This document shows positions 24,317 through 32,000 of a stretch of 32,000 nt of DNA, piece by piece; the stretch's first letter is position 1, and every line of letters starts with the position of its first letter. The stretch covers positions 330,001 through 362,000 of the forward strand of contig NC_000854.2 of the NCBI RefSeq assembly GCF_000011125.1. The letters are read 5' to 3'. The DNA comes from Aeropyrum pernix K1. Its GTDB lineage: Archaea > Thermoproteota > Thermoprotei_A > Sulfolobales > Acidilobaceae. The notes beneath the pieces were generated by a model that was not told the DNA's origin, ran no database searches, and saw only the letters and a list, made by a program, of their open reading frames with translations. Position numbers and translations under genes: made by a program.

Positions 24317-25375
24317 GTGGACTCCAGCATATACAGCGGCCTCAAGGTGGAGGCTGTTGCCAGGGCTTCCAGGATGTTTAGGCGTGAGGACGAGGCTATA
24401 GCGTCGCTGAAGCCTTCTAGGACGGCCGAGAGATTGGCCGGTGAAGCGGGCTACAGCCCCGTCCTTGTGGAGAAGTACATCCAGATACTGGGGGAGGAGG
24501 AGGCGAGGGAGCTCATAGCGTGGAACGACAAGCCCCTGCCAGAGACCATAAGGTGCAACGACTTCCTAATCCCCTGCAGCGAGCTCGAGTCAATGCTAAG
24601 CCAGAAGGGCTTTCTAGTCTCAAGGATACCCTGGCTGCCCCACGGCATCGAGGTCCTCGAGCAGCCCATAAGGGTGGGGGCTACCCACGAGTACATGCAG
24701 GGGCTCTACTACATCCAAGACCCTGGCAGCATGTTGGTAGCCTACCTCCTCGGCGTAGAGCCCGGCGAGACGGTTCTAGACATGGCAGCGGCCCCTGGAG
24801 GCAAGTCCACACACATACAGCAGCTGAGCAGGGACTCGACAATACTAGTAGCCGTTGACATATCGAGGAGGAGGATGAGGGCCCTGCGCTCCCACATGCA
24901 GAGGATGGGGTTCAGAAGCTACGTGGCCGTTAGGGCAGACTCAAGGCTGCTGCCCCGCATAGCGGGGACCGGATGGGCCGACAGGGTTATGCTAGACGCG
25001 CCCAGCACTGGAGAGGGTATTATAAGGAAGGACCCAGAGAGGAGACGCTCAAGGAGCCAGGCCGACGTGCTAAGAATCCACTACCTCCAGCTGGAGCTGC
25101 TCTACACAGCCGTAGATCTAGCCAGGCCGGGGGCGCCCATACTGTACGCGGCCTGCAGCACCTCACCCGAGGAGGGAGAGCTAGTGGTATCCAGGCTCCT
25201 GGAGCTGAGGAGCGATGTTGAGGTTGAGAGGCTGGAGTCGCCTGTAGGCTCGCCAGGTGTAGACAGCTACCTAGGCGTAGATATTTCTGGGGAGGCTAGA
25301 AGGTGCCTCAGGCTCTGGCCCCAGAGGCACGGTACGGAGGGGTTCTTCATATGCAGGGTGAGGAGGAGGGTCTGA
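24317..25375 (+). CDS. NOL1/NOP2/Sun (NSUN/RsmF-like) RNA cytosine-C5 methyltransferase homologue, motif IV cysteine absent
   Basis: SAM motif DMAAAPGGKS. Motif IV reads LDAPSTGEGIIRKDPE where DAPCSG is expected. Motif VI AACSTSPEEGE retains its cysteine. GTG start. Confidence 0.85.
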   Translation: MDSSIYSGLKVEAVARASRMFRREDEAIASLKPSRTAERLAGEAGYSPVLVEKYIQILGEEEARELIAWNDKPLPETIRCNDFLIPCSELESMLSQKGFLVSRIPWLPHGIEVLEQPIRVGATHEYMQGLYYIQDPGSMLVAYLLGVEPGETVLDMAAAPGGKSTHIQQLSRDSTILVAVDISRRRMRALRSHMQRMGFRSYVAVRADSRLLPRIAGTGWADRVMLDAPSTGEGIIRKDPERRRSRSQADVLRIHYLQLELLYTAVDLARPGAPILYAACSTSPEEGELVVSRLLELRSDVEVERLESPVGSPGVDSYLGVDISGEARRCLRLWPQRHGTEGFFICRVRRRV

Positions 25376-25875
25376 GTAGATACAGGCTCCGCCCGCCCAC
25401 GCCCAGGGAGGAGAGGCTGGTGGAAGGCTTCCTCAGGGCCATAGGCTTCAAGGTAAACCCTTACGCTGAAGGCATGACAGTCCTTGACCCTGGAGGGAAG
25501 TTCAAGGAGGTGTTCTACCTGCCCTGGGGGCTGAGGAGGGCTGTCGAAAGGCTCCCCCTACACTACTCTGCCGGCCTAAACCTGGGCTCCATAGGGGAGA
25601 GAGGTTTCAGACCAAGCCTACACCTAGCCAGGGAGCTGGCGCCCCTCTGCGGCTCCCCCGTAAAGTGTATAAGGCTCTCGCCCCGGGGGGAGAAGCTCTT
25701 CCTATACTCCAGGGACGTCTACGGGGACAACATAGCCTCCCACACTTCAGGGGCGGCCCTCGTAGTCGGCTCAAACGGGCAGCCTCTCGGGTGGGGAGTG
25801 GGCTTGTCGAGGGATGGCCTACTCATTGTTAAGCCTTTAAGAGACCTGGGCTGGTACCTTAGAAGGGGCGGCTAG
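25351..25875 (+). CDS. Nip7-like (UPF0113) PUA-domain protein
   Basis: The C-terminal PUA-like region ends in LIVKPLRDLGWYLRRGG, as in archaeal Nip7 homologues. The ATG at 25351 overlaps the upstream methyltransferase gene by 25 nt. Confidence 0.65.
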   Translation: MQGEEEGLSRYRLRPPTPREERLVEGFLRAIGFKVNPYAEGMTVLDPGGKFKEVFYLPWGLRRAVERLPLHYSAGLNLGSIGERGFRPSLHLARELAPLCGSPVKCIRLSPRGEKLFLYSRDVYGDNIASHTSGAALVVGSNGQPLGWGVGLSRDGLLIVKPLRDLGWYLRRGG

Positions 25876-26681
25876 TGATGCCGTTGAAGGATGGAGACTT
25901 CGTGCTGATCAACTATACTGTAAAGGTTGTTGAAGACGGTTCTGAGAGGGTTATAGACACGACTCTGGAGGAAGTGGCGAAGAAGTCCGGCATCTACGAT
26001 CCGAAGAGGGTGTACAAGGAGTTCCCGGTTATAGTGGGGAAGACAAGCCTCCTAGGACCCCTCGAGAAGGTGCTCAAGGAGCTTGATGTAGGCGAGAGGC
26101 GAGAGGTTGAAGTCCCCCCTGAAGAGGCTTTCGGAGAGTATAAGAAGGAGCTGGTTGTCAGGGTGCCCGTGAAGAGGCTTAGGAGGATGAACATACCCGT
26201 GAGGGTTGGGGAGGAGGTTGAGGCGGGTGGCAGAAGAGGTAAGATAATAAGGGTTACAGAGAGGTTCGCCTTCATAGACTTCAACCACCCCCTGGCAGGG
26301 AAGAAGCTTAAGATAGAGGTTGAGGTTGTAGGAAAGGTGGATAGCGTCGAGGACAAAGCCAGGATCCTGGCGGCCAGAGCCCTAGGCTTGGACCCCGACA
26401 AGATCCATGCGGAGGTTAGAGAGGGGGGCAAGGAGATAACCCTAAAGCTGCCCCCGGAGGTCCTCGGGCTCAGCGACCTCGACGCGCTCCTGGCAAAGGC
26501 GGTATCAGATGTTAGAGAGTACCTGTCCCCTAGGAAAGTTGACGTGGTCATATCCATCGAGTTCCCGGAGGAGGCGCGGGAGGAGGCTGAAGCATCTGAT
26601 ACTGGTGAGGGAGGAGAAGCGGAGGGTGAGTCGGAGCAGGCTGCAGAGCCCGGTGGAGGGGAAGAGAGGCAGGAGGGCTAG
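25875..26681 (+). CDS. Long-type FKBP peptidyl-prolyl isomerase (SlyD-like with IF insert) and an acidic C-terminal tail
   Basis: DGDFVLINYT...FPVIVGKTSLLGPLEKVLKELDVGE...FIDFNHPLAGKKL. The start is GTG 25875 or ATG 25878. Confidence 0.85.
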   Translation: MMPLKDGDFVLINYTVKVVEDGSERVIDTTLEEVAKKSGIYDPKRVYKEFPVIVGKTSLLGPLEKVLKELDVGERREVEVPPEEAFGEYKKELVVRVPVKRLRRMNIPVRVGEEVEAGGRRGKIIRVTERFAFIDFNHPLAGKKLKIEVEVVGKVDSVEDKARILAARALGLDPDKIHAEVREGGKEITLKLPPEVLGLSDLDALLAKAVSDVREYLSPRKVDVVISIEFPEEAREEAEASDTGEGGEAEGESEQAAEPGGGEERQEG

Positions 26682-26686
26682 CCAGA

Positions 26687-27799
26687 CTATATAACGCCCG
26701 TCTTGCGCGCCAGCGCCTCAGCCGCCTCTCTCGTGAGCCCCTTTTCACCTAGTATGGTGTACCTCTCCGGTCTGATCCTGGCTGCTATAGTGAGGGCCTC
26801 AACAACCTCATCATCCTCGACACCAAGCTCCTTGGCGTTAGTGGGGGCGCCGACCGTCTTCAGCAGGCCCCTTATCCTCCTCCAGTTCTTACCGTGGAGG
26901 TAGGCCATCATTATAGTCCCCACCCCAACCGCCTCGCCGTGGAGAGGCTTGTTCCTAGCGACTATGTGGAGGGCGTGGGCGAAGAGGTGTTCACTGCCGC
27001 TTGCAGGCCTCGTGCTACCGGCTATACACATCGACACCCCGCTGCTCACGAGAGCCTCCAGCAGCACTCTATAGCCCTCCCTCGTACCCAGCGCTATCTC
27101 CTCGGCGTACTGGCTCACATGTTTGGCGCTCAGGAGGGCGAGACTGGCGGCGTATTCGCCATAGTATTCCAGCCTGAGCTTGTGGGCCAGCCTCCAGTCG
27201 AGGACTGCAGTATACTTGCCTATCAGGTCTCCGAAGCCAGCGATGTTGTAGCGCCTGGGAGCCTCCGCTATCACATCCACATCTATAATTATCGCCTCCG
27301 GAGCCTTAGCGGGCCTCGATATAGGCTTGTCGAACCCCTTCAGGCTTGAGAATGGCGATGTTATCCCGTCGTGGCTAGCCACGGTGGGTATGCTGACGAA
27401 AACCGAGCCCGCCCTTTTTGAAGCGTACTTAGCAACGTCTATCGACTTCCCACCTCCCAGGCCCGCCACAACCTCTATCCTGCTCTCAAGAGCCTCACGG
27501 GCCACCTCCTCAGCAGTCTCAACCGTGGCGTCCCTGATTATCTTCAGGCCGACTGTAAGGCCCTCGGCCTCGAGGCTGGCTCTAAGCCTCTCGAAGTATT
27601 TCGAGGACACCGTTGGGCCGGATACGACGAGCACATAGCTGCCTCGCTGAGCCACCCCAGATACATAGCCGCCCGCCTTGTCGAGAACGCCTCCGCCGAC
27701 TACTATAGTCCTCGGGAGGTCTATCCTGTGGAACGAGGTATACAACCCTGCTACACCCGCCGCGCTGGACCGGCTTCCAGCCACGCTATGGTACAGCAT
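26687..27799 (-). CDS. egsA: sn-Glycerol-1-phosphate dehydrogenase
   Basis: GLGGGKSIDVAKY, the PTVASHDG motif, and histidines of the iron-type alcohol dehydrogenase fold. Confidence 0.9.
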   Translation of the reverse strand: MLYHSVAGSRSSAAGVAGLYTSFHRIDLPRTIVVGGGVLDKAGGYVSGVAQRGSYVLVVSGPTVSSKYFERLRASLEAEGLTVGLKIIRDATVETAEEVAREALESRIEVVAGLGGGKSIDVAKYASKRAGSVFVSIPTVASHDGITSPFSSLKGFDKPISRPAKAPEAIIIDVDVIAEAPRRYNIAGFGDLIGKYTAVLDWRLAHKLRLEYYGEYAASLALLSAKHVSQYAEEIALGTREGYRVLLEALVSSGVSMCIAGSTRPASGSEHLFAHALHIVARNKPLHGEAVGVGTIMMAYLHGKNWRRIRGLLKTVGAPTNAKELGVEDDEVVEALTIAARIRPERYTILGEKGLTREAAEALARKTGVI

Positions 27800-27827
27800 T
27801 CCCCGGAGTCTTAGTTACGCCTCGGAG

Positions 27828-27853
27828 CCTTTAATAGAAGGCAACGTTAATAG
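27828..27853. promoter_or_regulatory. Shared divergent TATA-like region (tttaataga, gttaatag) between egsA and psmB paralog 2
   Basis: AT-rich elements lie 30-55 nt from both start codons. Confidence 0.35.
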
Positions 27854-27893
27854 TCCTCTAGCCCCACTAGCTTACACCGGTAGTTCACCTGCT

Positions 27894-28571
27894 ATGGGGG
27901 CTGGTTGCAAAGTGGCAGAATGGATAGCAGGCGGGCTGGAGGGCCCCGCTGGCAGAGGACTTGACGAGAGGGTTGTCAGGAGTGGCACTACTACTGTAGG
28001 CCTCATCGCATCAGACCACGTCATCCTCGCTGCCGATAAGAGGGCTACGGCAGGATTCTTGATAGCTAGCAGGCGCGTAAAGAAAATAGTCATGCTCTCA
28101 AACTACGTCGCCATGACGGTCTCAGGCCTGGTAGCAGACGCCCAGATACTCTCAGACGTGCTGAGGGAGGAGATCAGGCTGTACGAGATGACTAATAAGG
28201 TCAAGCCGAGTGTAAGGTTCGTCGCGAGCCTCCTGTCCAACATACTCTTCAGCAGCAAGTTCTTCCCCTACATAGTACAGCTTATAGTCGGCGGCTACGA
28301 CACCCAGCCAAGACTCTACACTCTAGACCTCTTCGGAAGTATAACCGAGGACAAGTATACCGCCACAGGCTCCGGCTCCCCAATAGCCTACGGAGTTCTC
28401 GAGGAGAGATACAGGGAGGATCTAAGCGTAGAGGAAGCAATTAAGGTAGCCACCACCGCCATACGCTCCGCGGTACTAAGAGACGCGGCCTCAGGAGATG
28501 GGGCTGACGTCGTTGTGATAGGCCCGCAGGGCTACGAGGAGAAGTTTATACCGTACAACAGCCTCGTATAG
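27894..28571 (+). CDS. psmB: Proteasome subunit beta (paralog 2)
   Basis: TTTVGLIASDHVILAADKR Ntn core. I use the ATG at 27894, because the track ORF start at 27678 would overlap egsA and its promoter. Confidence 0.85.
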   Translation: MGAGCKVAEWIAGGLEGPAGRGLDERVVRSGTTTVGLIASDHVILAADKRATAGFLIASRRVKKIVMLSNYVAMTVSGLVADAQILSDVLREEIRLYEMTNKVKPSVRFVASLLSNILFSSKFFPYIVQLIVGGYDTQPRLYTLDLFGSITEDKYTATGSGSPIAYGVLEERYREDLSVEEAIKVATTAIRSAVLRDAASGDGADVVVIGPQGYEEKFIPYNSLV

Positions 28572-28582
28572 CTCGGCTATCG

Positions 28583-28604
28583 TTAAATATTTATAAAAAT
28601 ATTA
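28583..28604 (+). promoter_or_regulatory. Strong TATA-like block ttaaatatttataaaaatatta
   Basis: This is the most AT-rich 22-mer in the second half of the window. It starts 12 nt after the psmB stop and at least 190 nt before the next start codon. Confidence 0.45.
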
Positions 28605-28620
28605 CCCCTAAAATACAATC

Positions 28621-28792
28621 CCGGGCATAAGGACAGCCGCTCTAATACACACTCTCGAGGGGCGTCTGTAACCAACCCCTAGAGTGGGAGACGCCCGGGA
28701 GAGATCCCCGGGTCCTTGCGGGTCGCGGGCTCTATGGGAGAAGGTGGTGTAGGCCTGGGGTTTAGCTTGAATGCCTAAACGTCTTCGGGAGC
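28621..28792 (+). ncRNA. Candidate structured leader or small RNA between the promoter and aCPSF1
   Basis: Nested helices read by eye: AAGGAC 28629-28634 with GTCCTT 28712-28717; CACTCT..GGGG 28650-28662 with CCCC.AGAGTG 28676-28686; CCCGGG hairpin 28694-28712; GTTTAG/CTAAAC hairpin 28760-28780. I did not recognise any RNA family. Confidence 0.3.
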
Positions 28793-30823
28793 GTGTGGTG
28801 GTCAGGCTTGGCTAGCCAATCTAAGGCTCAGGAGACGCCCGGAAGGAGAGGTCTCGAGGAGAGGAAGCAGCTTATAATGGAGATATACAACTCGCTACGC
28901 TCAGCAGACATAGCTAGCATAGAGTTCGAGGGGCCTGAGATCGCTGTCTACATAAGGAACCCCAAGTTCATAGTTGAGAACGAGAACGTTGTCAAGGATC
29001 TAGCCAGGAAGCTTAGGAAGCGCATAGTAGTCAGGACCCACCCGAAGTCCAGGAAGAGCATGGAGTACACTATAAAGTTTATTAGGGAGAACGTGCCCCC
29101 CGACGTAGGCATCGTCGACATACAGTTCGACGACGTCCTCGGAGAGGTTAGGGTTATCGCTGAGAAGCCCGGGAAGCTCATGGGCAGGGGAAAGGTCTTC
29201 AGAAATCTCGTGCTGGCAGAGACTGGCTGGAGGCTTGAGGTCTATAGGAAACCGCTGCTGCAGAGCGGCCTGCTGGATAGTGTGCTCCGCCACCTTCAGA
29301 GGCACGCTGAGGAGAGGAGGAGGGCTCTCAGGGATATAGGCGAGAGGATCTTCCGTGACACGCTGATAGGCACTAGGCACGTGAGGGTGGTAGGGCTAGG
29401 GAGCTTCGGAGAGGTGGGCCGCTCCGCCATACTCGTCGACACAGGGGAGAGTAAGGTCCTCCTAGACGCCGGTCTCTCACCCTCCGGCTACGGGCCCGAC
29501 AGCTACCCCTACTACTGGTCTCCAGAGTTCAGGGTTGACGAGCTGGACGCCGTGGTCATAAGCCACGCCCACCTGGACCACGTCGGCACCCTCCCGCTCC
29601 TTTTCAAATACGGTTTCAGAGGCCCCGTGTACGCCACGCCGCCTACGAGAGATATCATGATCATAGTTCTGAGGGACCTAATAAACCTCATGAGAAAAGC
29701 TCAGGGGGAGCCCCCCTTCGAGCCGAGGGACGTTGAGAAGGCGCTGACGAGGCTCATACCCGTGAACTATAACACTGTCACAGACGTCGCCCCCGACATC
29801 AAGATGACCTTCATAAACGCGGGCCACATACTAGGCAGCTCCATGGTGCACCTACATATAGGGCAGGGGCTCTACAACATACTCTACACTGCAGACTTCA
29901 AGTTCTACAGGATAAAGAACGACAGAAGCACAAGACTACTACCACCGGCAGAATACTCTTTCCAGCGCGTAGAGGCGCTGATAATGGAGGCAACCTACGG
30001 CTCTAAGGAGACGCAGCCGAGGGCCGAGGCTGAGGAGGAGCTTATCAACCTGGTAAACAAGGTCTACAAGAGGGGGGGTAAGCTTCTTATACCTGTTATG
30101 GCTGTGGGGAGGGGGCAGGAGATACTTGTCGTCCTGAACGAGGCCCTCAGGTCTGGCAAGATACCCGAGATCCCCATATATGTCGATGGCATGGTGTACG
30201 AGGTCACAGCTGTTTATACCAACTACCCCGAGCTTCTGGTGAAGCCGATAAGGGATAGGATACTCAAGCAGGGGGAGAACCCATTCGAGGGGCCCACCAC
30301 CGTCTACGTCACCGACCACTACAAGAGGGATGAGGCCATGTACAGCGACAAGCCTGCTATAATACTCTCAACCAGCGGCATGATGAACGGCGGACCCATA
30401 GTAGAGTACTTCAAGTACCTAGCCGACGATCCTAGGAACGCCCTGGCCTTCGTCAGCTACCAGGCGCCTGGCACGCTGGGCAGGAGGCTCCAGAGCGGGG
30501 AGAGGGAGATAGAGCTTGAGATGGATGGCGGGATAAGGAGGATAAAGGTTAACATGGAGATAGTCTCGATAGAGGGGTTCACAGGCCACTCTACGAGGGG
30601 CGAACTCCTCTCGTTCCTCAGGAGGCTCAATCCAAAGCCGAGGAACATAGTGTTGAACCACGGCGAGCCCTCGGCAATAGCGGCTCTCGCCCACACTGTG
30701 AAAACTGGCTGGTCGAAGCTAGGCTTCGAATCACCCCCCATAATAGAGGCTCCGGAGAACCTGGAGGGCGTGAGGCTCTACCCGAGGAACCTGAAGATGA
30801 AGCTAGCCCTACAGCACTCCTGA
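28793..30823 (+). CDS. aCPSF1 / FttA (two KH domains plus MBL and beta-CASP ribonuclease; archaeal transcription termination factor)
   Basis: IEFEGPEIAVYIRNPKF KH-N region and HAHLDHVG MBL motif, with beta-CASP and C-terminal motifs. The start could be GTG 28793, TTG 28808 or ATG 28877. Confidence 0.9.
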   Translation: MWWSGLASQSKAQETPGRRGLEERKQLIMEIYNSLRSADIASIEFEGPEIAVYIRNPKFIVENENVVKDLARKLRKRIVVRTHPKSRKSMEYTIKFIRENVPPDVGIVDIQFDDVLGEVRVIAEKPGKLMGRGKVFRNLVLAETGWRLEVYRKPLLQSGLLDSVLRHLQRHAEERRRALRDIGERIFRDTLIGTRHVRVVGLGSFGEVGRSAILVDTGESKVLLDAGLSPSGYGPDSYPYYWSPEFRVDELDAVVISHAHLDHVGTLPLLFKYGFRGPVYATPPTRDIMIIVLRDLINLMRKAQGEPPFEPRDVEKALTRLIPVNYNTVTDVAPDIKMTFINAGHILGSSMVHLHIGQGLYNILYTADFKFYRIKNDRSTRLLPPAEYSFQRVEALIMEATYGSKETQPRAEAEEELINLVNKVYKRGGKLLIPVMAVGRGQEILVVLNEALRSGKIPEIPIYVDGMVYEVTAVYTNYPELLVKPIRDRILKQGENPFEGPTTVYVTDHYKRDEAMYSDKPAIILSTSGMMNGGPIVEYFKYLADDPRNALAFVSYQAPGTLGRRLQSGEREIELEMDGGIRRIKVNMEIVSIEGFTGHSTRGELLSFLRRLNPKPRNIVLNHGEPSAIAALAHTVKTGWSKLGFESPPIIEAPENLEGVRLYPRNLKMKLALQHS

Positions 30824-30841
30824 AACCGCGGAGGCCAAGGC

Positions 30842-31459
30842 CTACGAGAGCCTCTTCCCAACCTCCTGCGCCAGCTCCCAGAGAGCATCCCCCAGCCTGT
30901 GCACCCTCCTAACAGCCCTACCCCTAGCTTTCTCCCTATAGAGCTTCTCCAACGCGCTGCTGTCAACCTCGGCTACGCCAACCATAACAGGCGTTCTGGT
31001 CTCGTGGTATAGCGCGGCCACTACGTCGCCCCGCGTGAAGCTGCCCTCCACGCCGACGACGCCCGGGATCATAAGGTGGGCGCCCTTGGCTAGAGCTATC
31101 GCCGCGCCCTTATCTACGAGTACAACGCCCTTCAGCCAATCCACGCCGAAGGCCTTGAGACACTGGAGCGTGGGGTATATCCTGCCGTCGCTCCACTCGA
31201 AAAGGCATGGCACACCATCCACTGTTATTATCTCGTACTCGCCGGAGTCCGTCCTCGCCTTAACCAGCCGCAGATCAGCCTTCTCGCTGAAAGGAATCCG
31301 TGTATAGTAGGGTTTGAGCCTCTCCAGGAGGCTACGCCTCTCCTTCTTCGACAGCGCCCTCGCCTCCAGCCTCGCCAAACCGACCAACCTCGCCCATAGC
31401 ATGAGCCATGATTGGATAGTAGGGTCTAGGCGTGATAAAGCGGTTGGGAGAGATCCCAA
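30842..31459 (-). CDS. PUA-domain RNA-binding protein (Tma20/MCT-1-like, pre-PUA plus PUA)
   Basis: LSKKERRSLLERL N-terminal region and PUA core GAHLMIPGVVGVEGSFTRGDVVAAL. An internal ATG at 31402 is an alternative start. Confidence 0.75.
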   Translation of the reverse strand: MGSLPTALSRLDPTIQSWLMLWARLVGLARLEARALSKKERRSLLERLKPYYTRIPFSEKADLRLVKARTDSGEYEIITVDGVPCLFEWSDGRIYPTLQCLKAFGVDWLKGVVLVDKGAAIALAKGAHLMIPGVVGVEGSFTRGDVVAALYHETRTPVMVGVAEVDSSALEKLYREKARGRAVRRVHRLGDALWELAQEVGKRLS

Positions 31460-31518
31460 TAGCCTTATAGGCTTGGAATACAGCCCTTTTACTTAGGCTT
31501 AATCCAAGGTGTAGAGTC

Positions 31519-31752
31519 GTGAGCGGGCCGATAACTCTGCCCACGCTGAGGATGATGCTGGACTATGTGGACACGCCCGTGCTAGTCAAGCTTAAGAGCG
31601 GGCTCAGGATAAAGGGTGTCCTGAAGACCTATGATCAGCACCTTAACATAATACTCGGCGATGCAGAAGAGATAGGGGAGACCTCCATCAGGAGGCTAGG
31701 GCTGACTCTGGTGAGGGGGGATAGCGTAGTAGTGATAACCCCTGCCGCTTGA
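31519..31752 (+). CDS. Sm-like archaeal protein (LSm/SmAP)
   Basis: Sm1 motif VLVKLKSGLRIKGVLKTYDQHLNIILGDAEE and Sm2 motif LTLVRGDSVVVI. GTG start. Confidence 0.9.
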   Translation: MSGPITLPTLRMMLDYVDTPVLVKLKSGLRIKGVLKTYDQHLNIILGDAEEIGETSIRRLGLTLVRGDSVVVITPAA

Positions 31753-31781
31753 CGCCCTAGCTGTGGGGGTGTAGCGTAGGC

Positions 31782-31970
31782 ATGGGTAAGGGAACGCCGA
31801 GCATGGGCAAACACGGGAGGAGCAAGACCCACATAGTGTGCAGGAGGTGCGGCAGGAGGTCCTACAATGTTGCCAAGGGTTACTGCGCAGCCTGCGGCTT
31901 CGGGAGAAGCAGGAGGATGAGGAGGTATAGCTGGCAGAACAAGAAGTGGAATAGAGTACGCGTGGTATAG
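31782..31970 (+). CDS. rpl37e: 50S ribosomal protein L37e
   Basis: [38 protein letters not shown] zinc ribbon. It follows LSm, as in the conserved archaeal LSm-L37e pair. Confidence 0.95.
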   Translation: MGKGTPSMGKHGRSKTHIVCRRCGRRSYNVAKGYCAACGFGRSRRMRRYSWQNKKWNRVRVV

Positions 31971-32000
31971 AATTATAAGATCCTCTACACCCGCTCCCAA

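Noticed and set aside
27678-27893. N-terminal 72-residue extension of the second proteasome beta ORF
   Set aside because: It would overlap the egsA 5' end and the shared promoter. The conserved Ntn core begins shortly after the ATG at 27894.
28621-28880. SRP (7S) RNA hypothesis for the region upstream of aCPSF1, prompted by CUGUAACC at 28666-28673 and by CAGG, CCGGAAGG and GGAAGCAGC strings at 28829-28871
   Set aside because: The helix-8-like strings are not contiguous and cannot form the conserved GGAA-tetraloop and symmetric-loop structure. The segment is much less GC-rich than structural RNAs of this organism, such as the tRNAs here. I cannot build a long helix 5. I also saw no match to the RNase P conserved regions or to 5S rRNA.
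1-32000. CRISPR arrays, transposases, integrases, toxin-antitoxin pairs or known defence genes
   Set aside because: I saw no regularly spaced direct repeats and no ORF with DDE/integrase, Cas, HEPN, PIN or restriction-modification motifs. The window reads as core chromosome.
31635-32000. 121-aa minus-strand ORF overlapping LSm and L37e
   Set aside because: It is antisense to two highly conserved small genes and has a Pro/Ala-rich, low-complexity translation.

Overview
This is a dense, about 57-60% GC chromosomal segment of a hyperthermophilic crenarchaeon. From memory, the Orc1/Cdc6 protein at 1447-2634 looks like Aeropyrum pernix ORC1, but I could not run a search to confirm this. I support about 40 protein genes and 4 tRNAs. 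The tRNAs are Val-CAC, Ala-CGC, Pro-UGG and an intron-containing Ser-CGA. The proteins are almost all housekeeping. Replication, repair and nucleotide genes are orc1/cdc6, a DUF99 protein, RNase HII, endonuclease V, a purine PRTase and NMNAT. Metabolic genes are MoaA, pyruvate kinase, a GlcD-like FAD oxidase, G1P dehydrogenase and a SagB-type nitroreductase-fold protein. There are two proteasome beta subunits and an FKBP. An unusually rich set of RNA and ribosome-biogenesis genes is present: a Trm10-like protein, Nep1, a Trm112-like protein, a Nog1-type GTPase, RtcA, an NSUN/Nop2-like methyltransferase with an overlapping Nip7-like PUA gene, aCPSF1/FttA, a Tma20-like PUA protein, LSm and L37e. 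I found no CRISPR array, transposase, integrase or recognisable defence island. Most genes have a TATA-like box 25-40 nt upstream of the start codon, which suggests leaderless or short-leader transcripts. The items most worth a second look are listed here. (1) A full ORB-like origin recognition box with a G-string lies immediately upstream of orc1. (2) A strong promoter sits 190-290 nt upstream of aCPSF1, followed by a structured segment with a 12-nt direct repeat and three mutually exclusive partners for one 8-nt element. (3) The NSUN-type m5C methyltransferase has SER-THR where the motif IV PRO-CYS cysteine should be, and its gene overlaps a Nip7-like gene. (4) An Nramp-fold transporter lacks the canonical DPGN and MPH metal-ligand motifs and is divergently paired with an orphan 425-aa protein plus a small 2x[4Fe-4S] protein. 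(5) A mini-TFB has a zinc ribbon plus a single cyclin-like repeat. All family assignments come from reading motifs in the supplied translations by eye. No homology search, covariance model or folding program was run.
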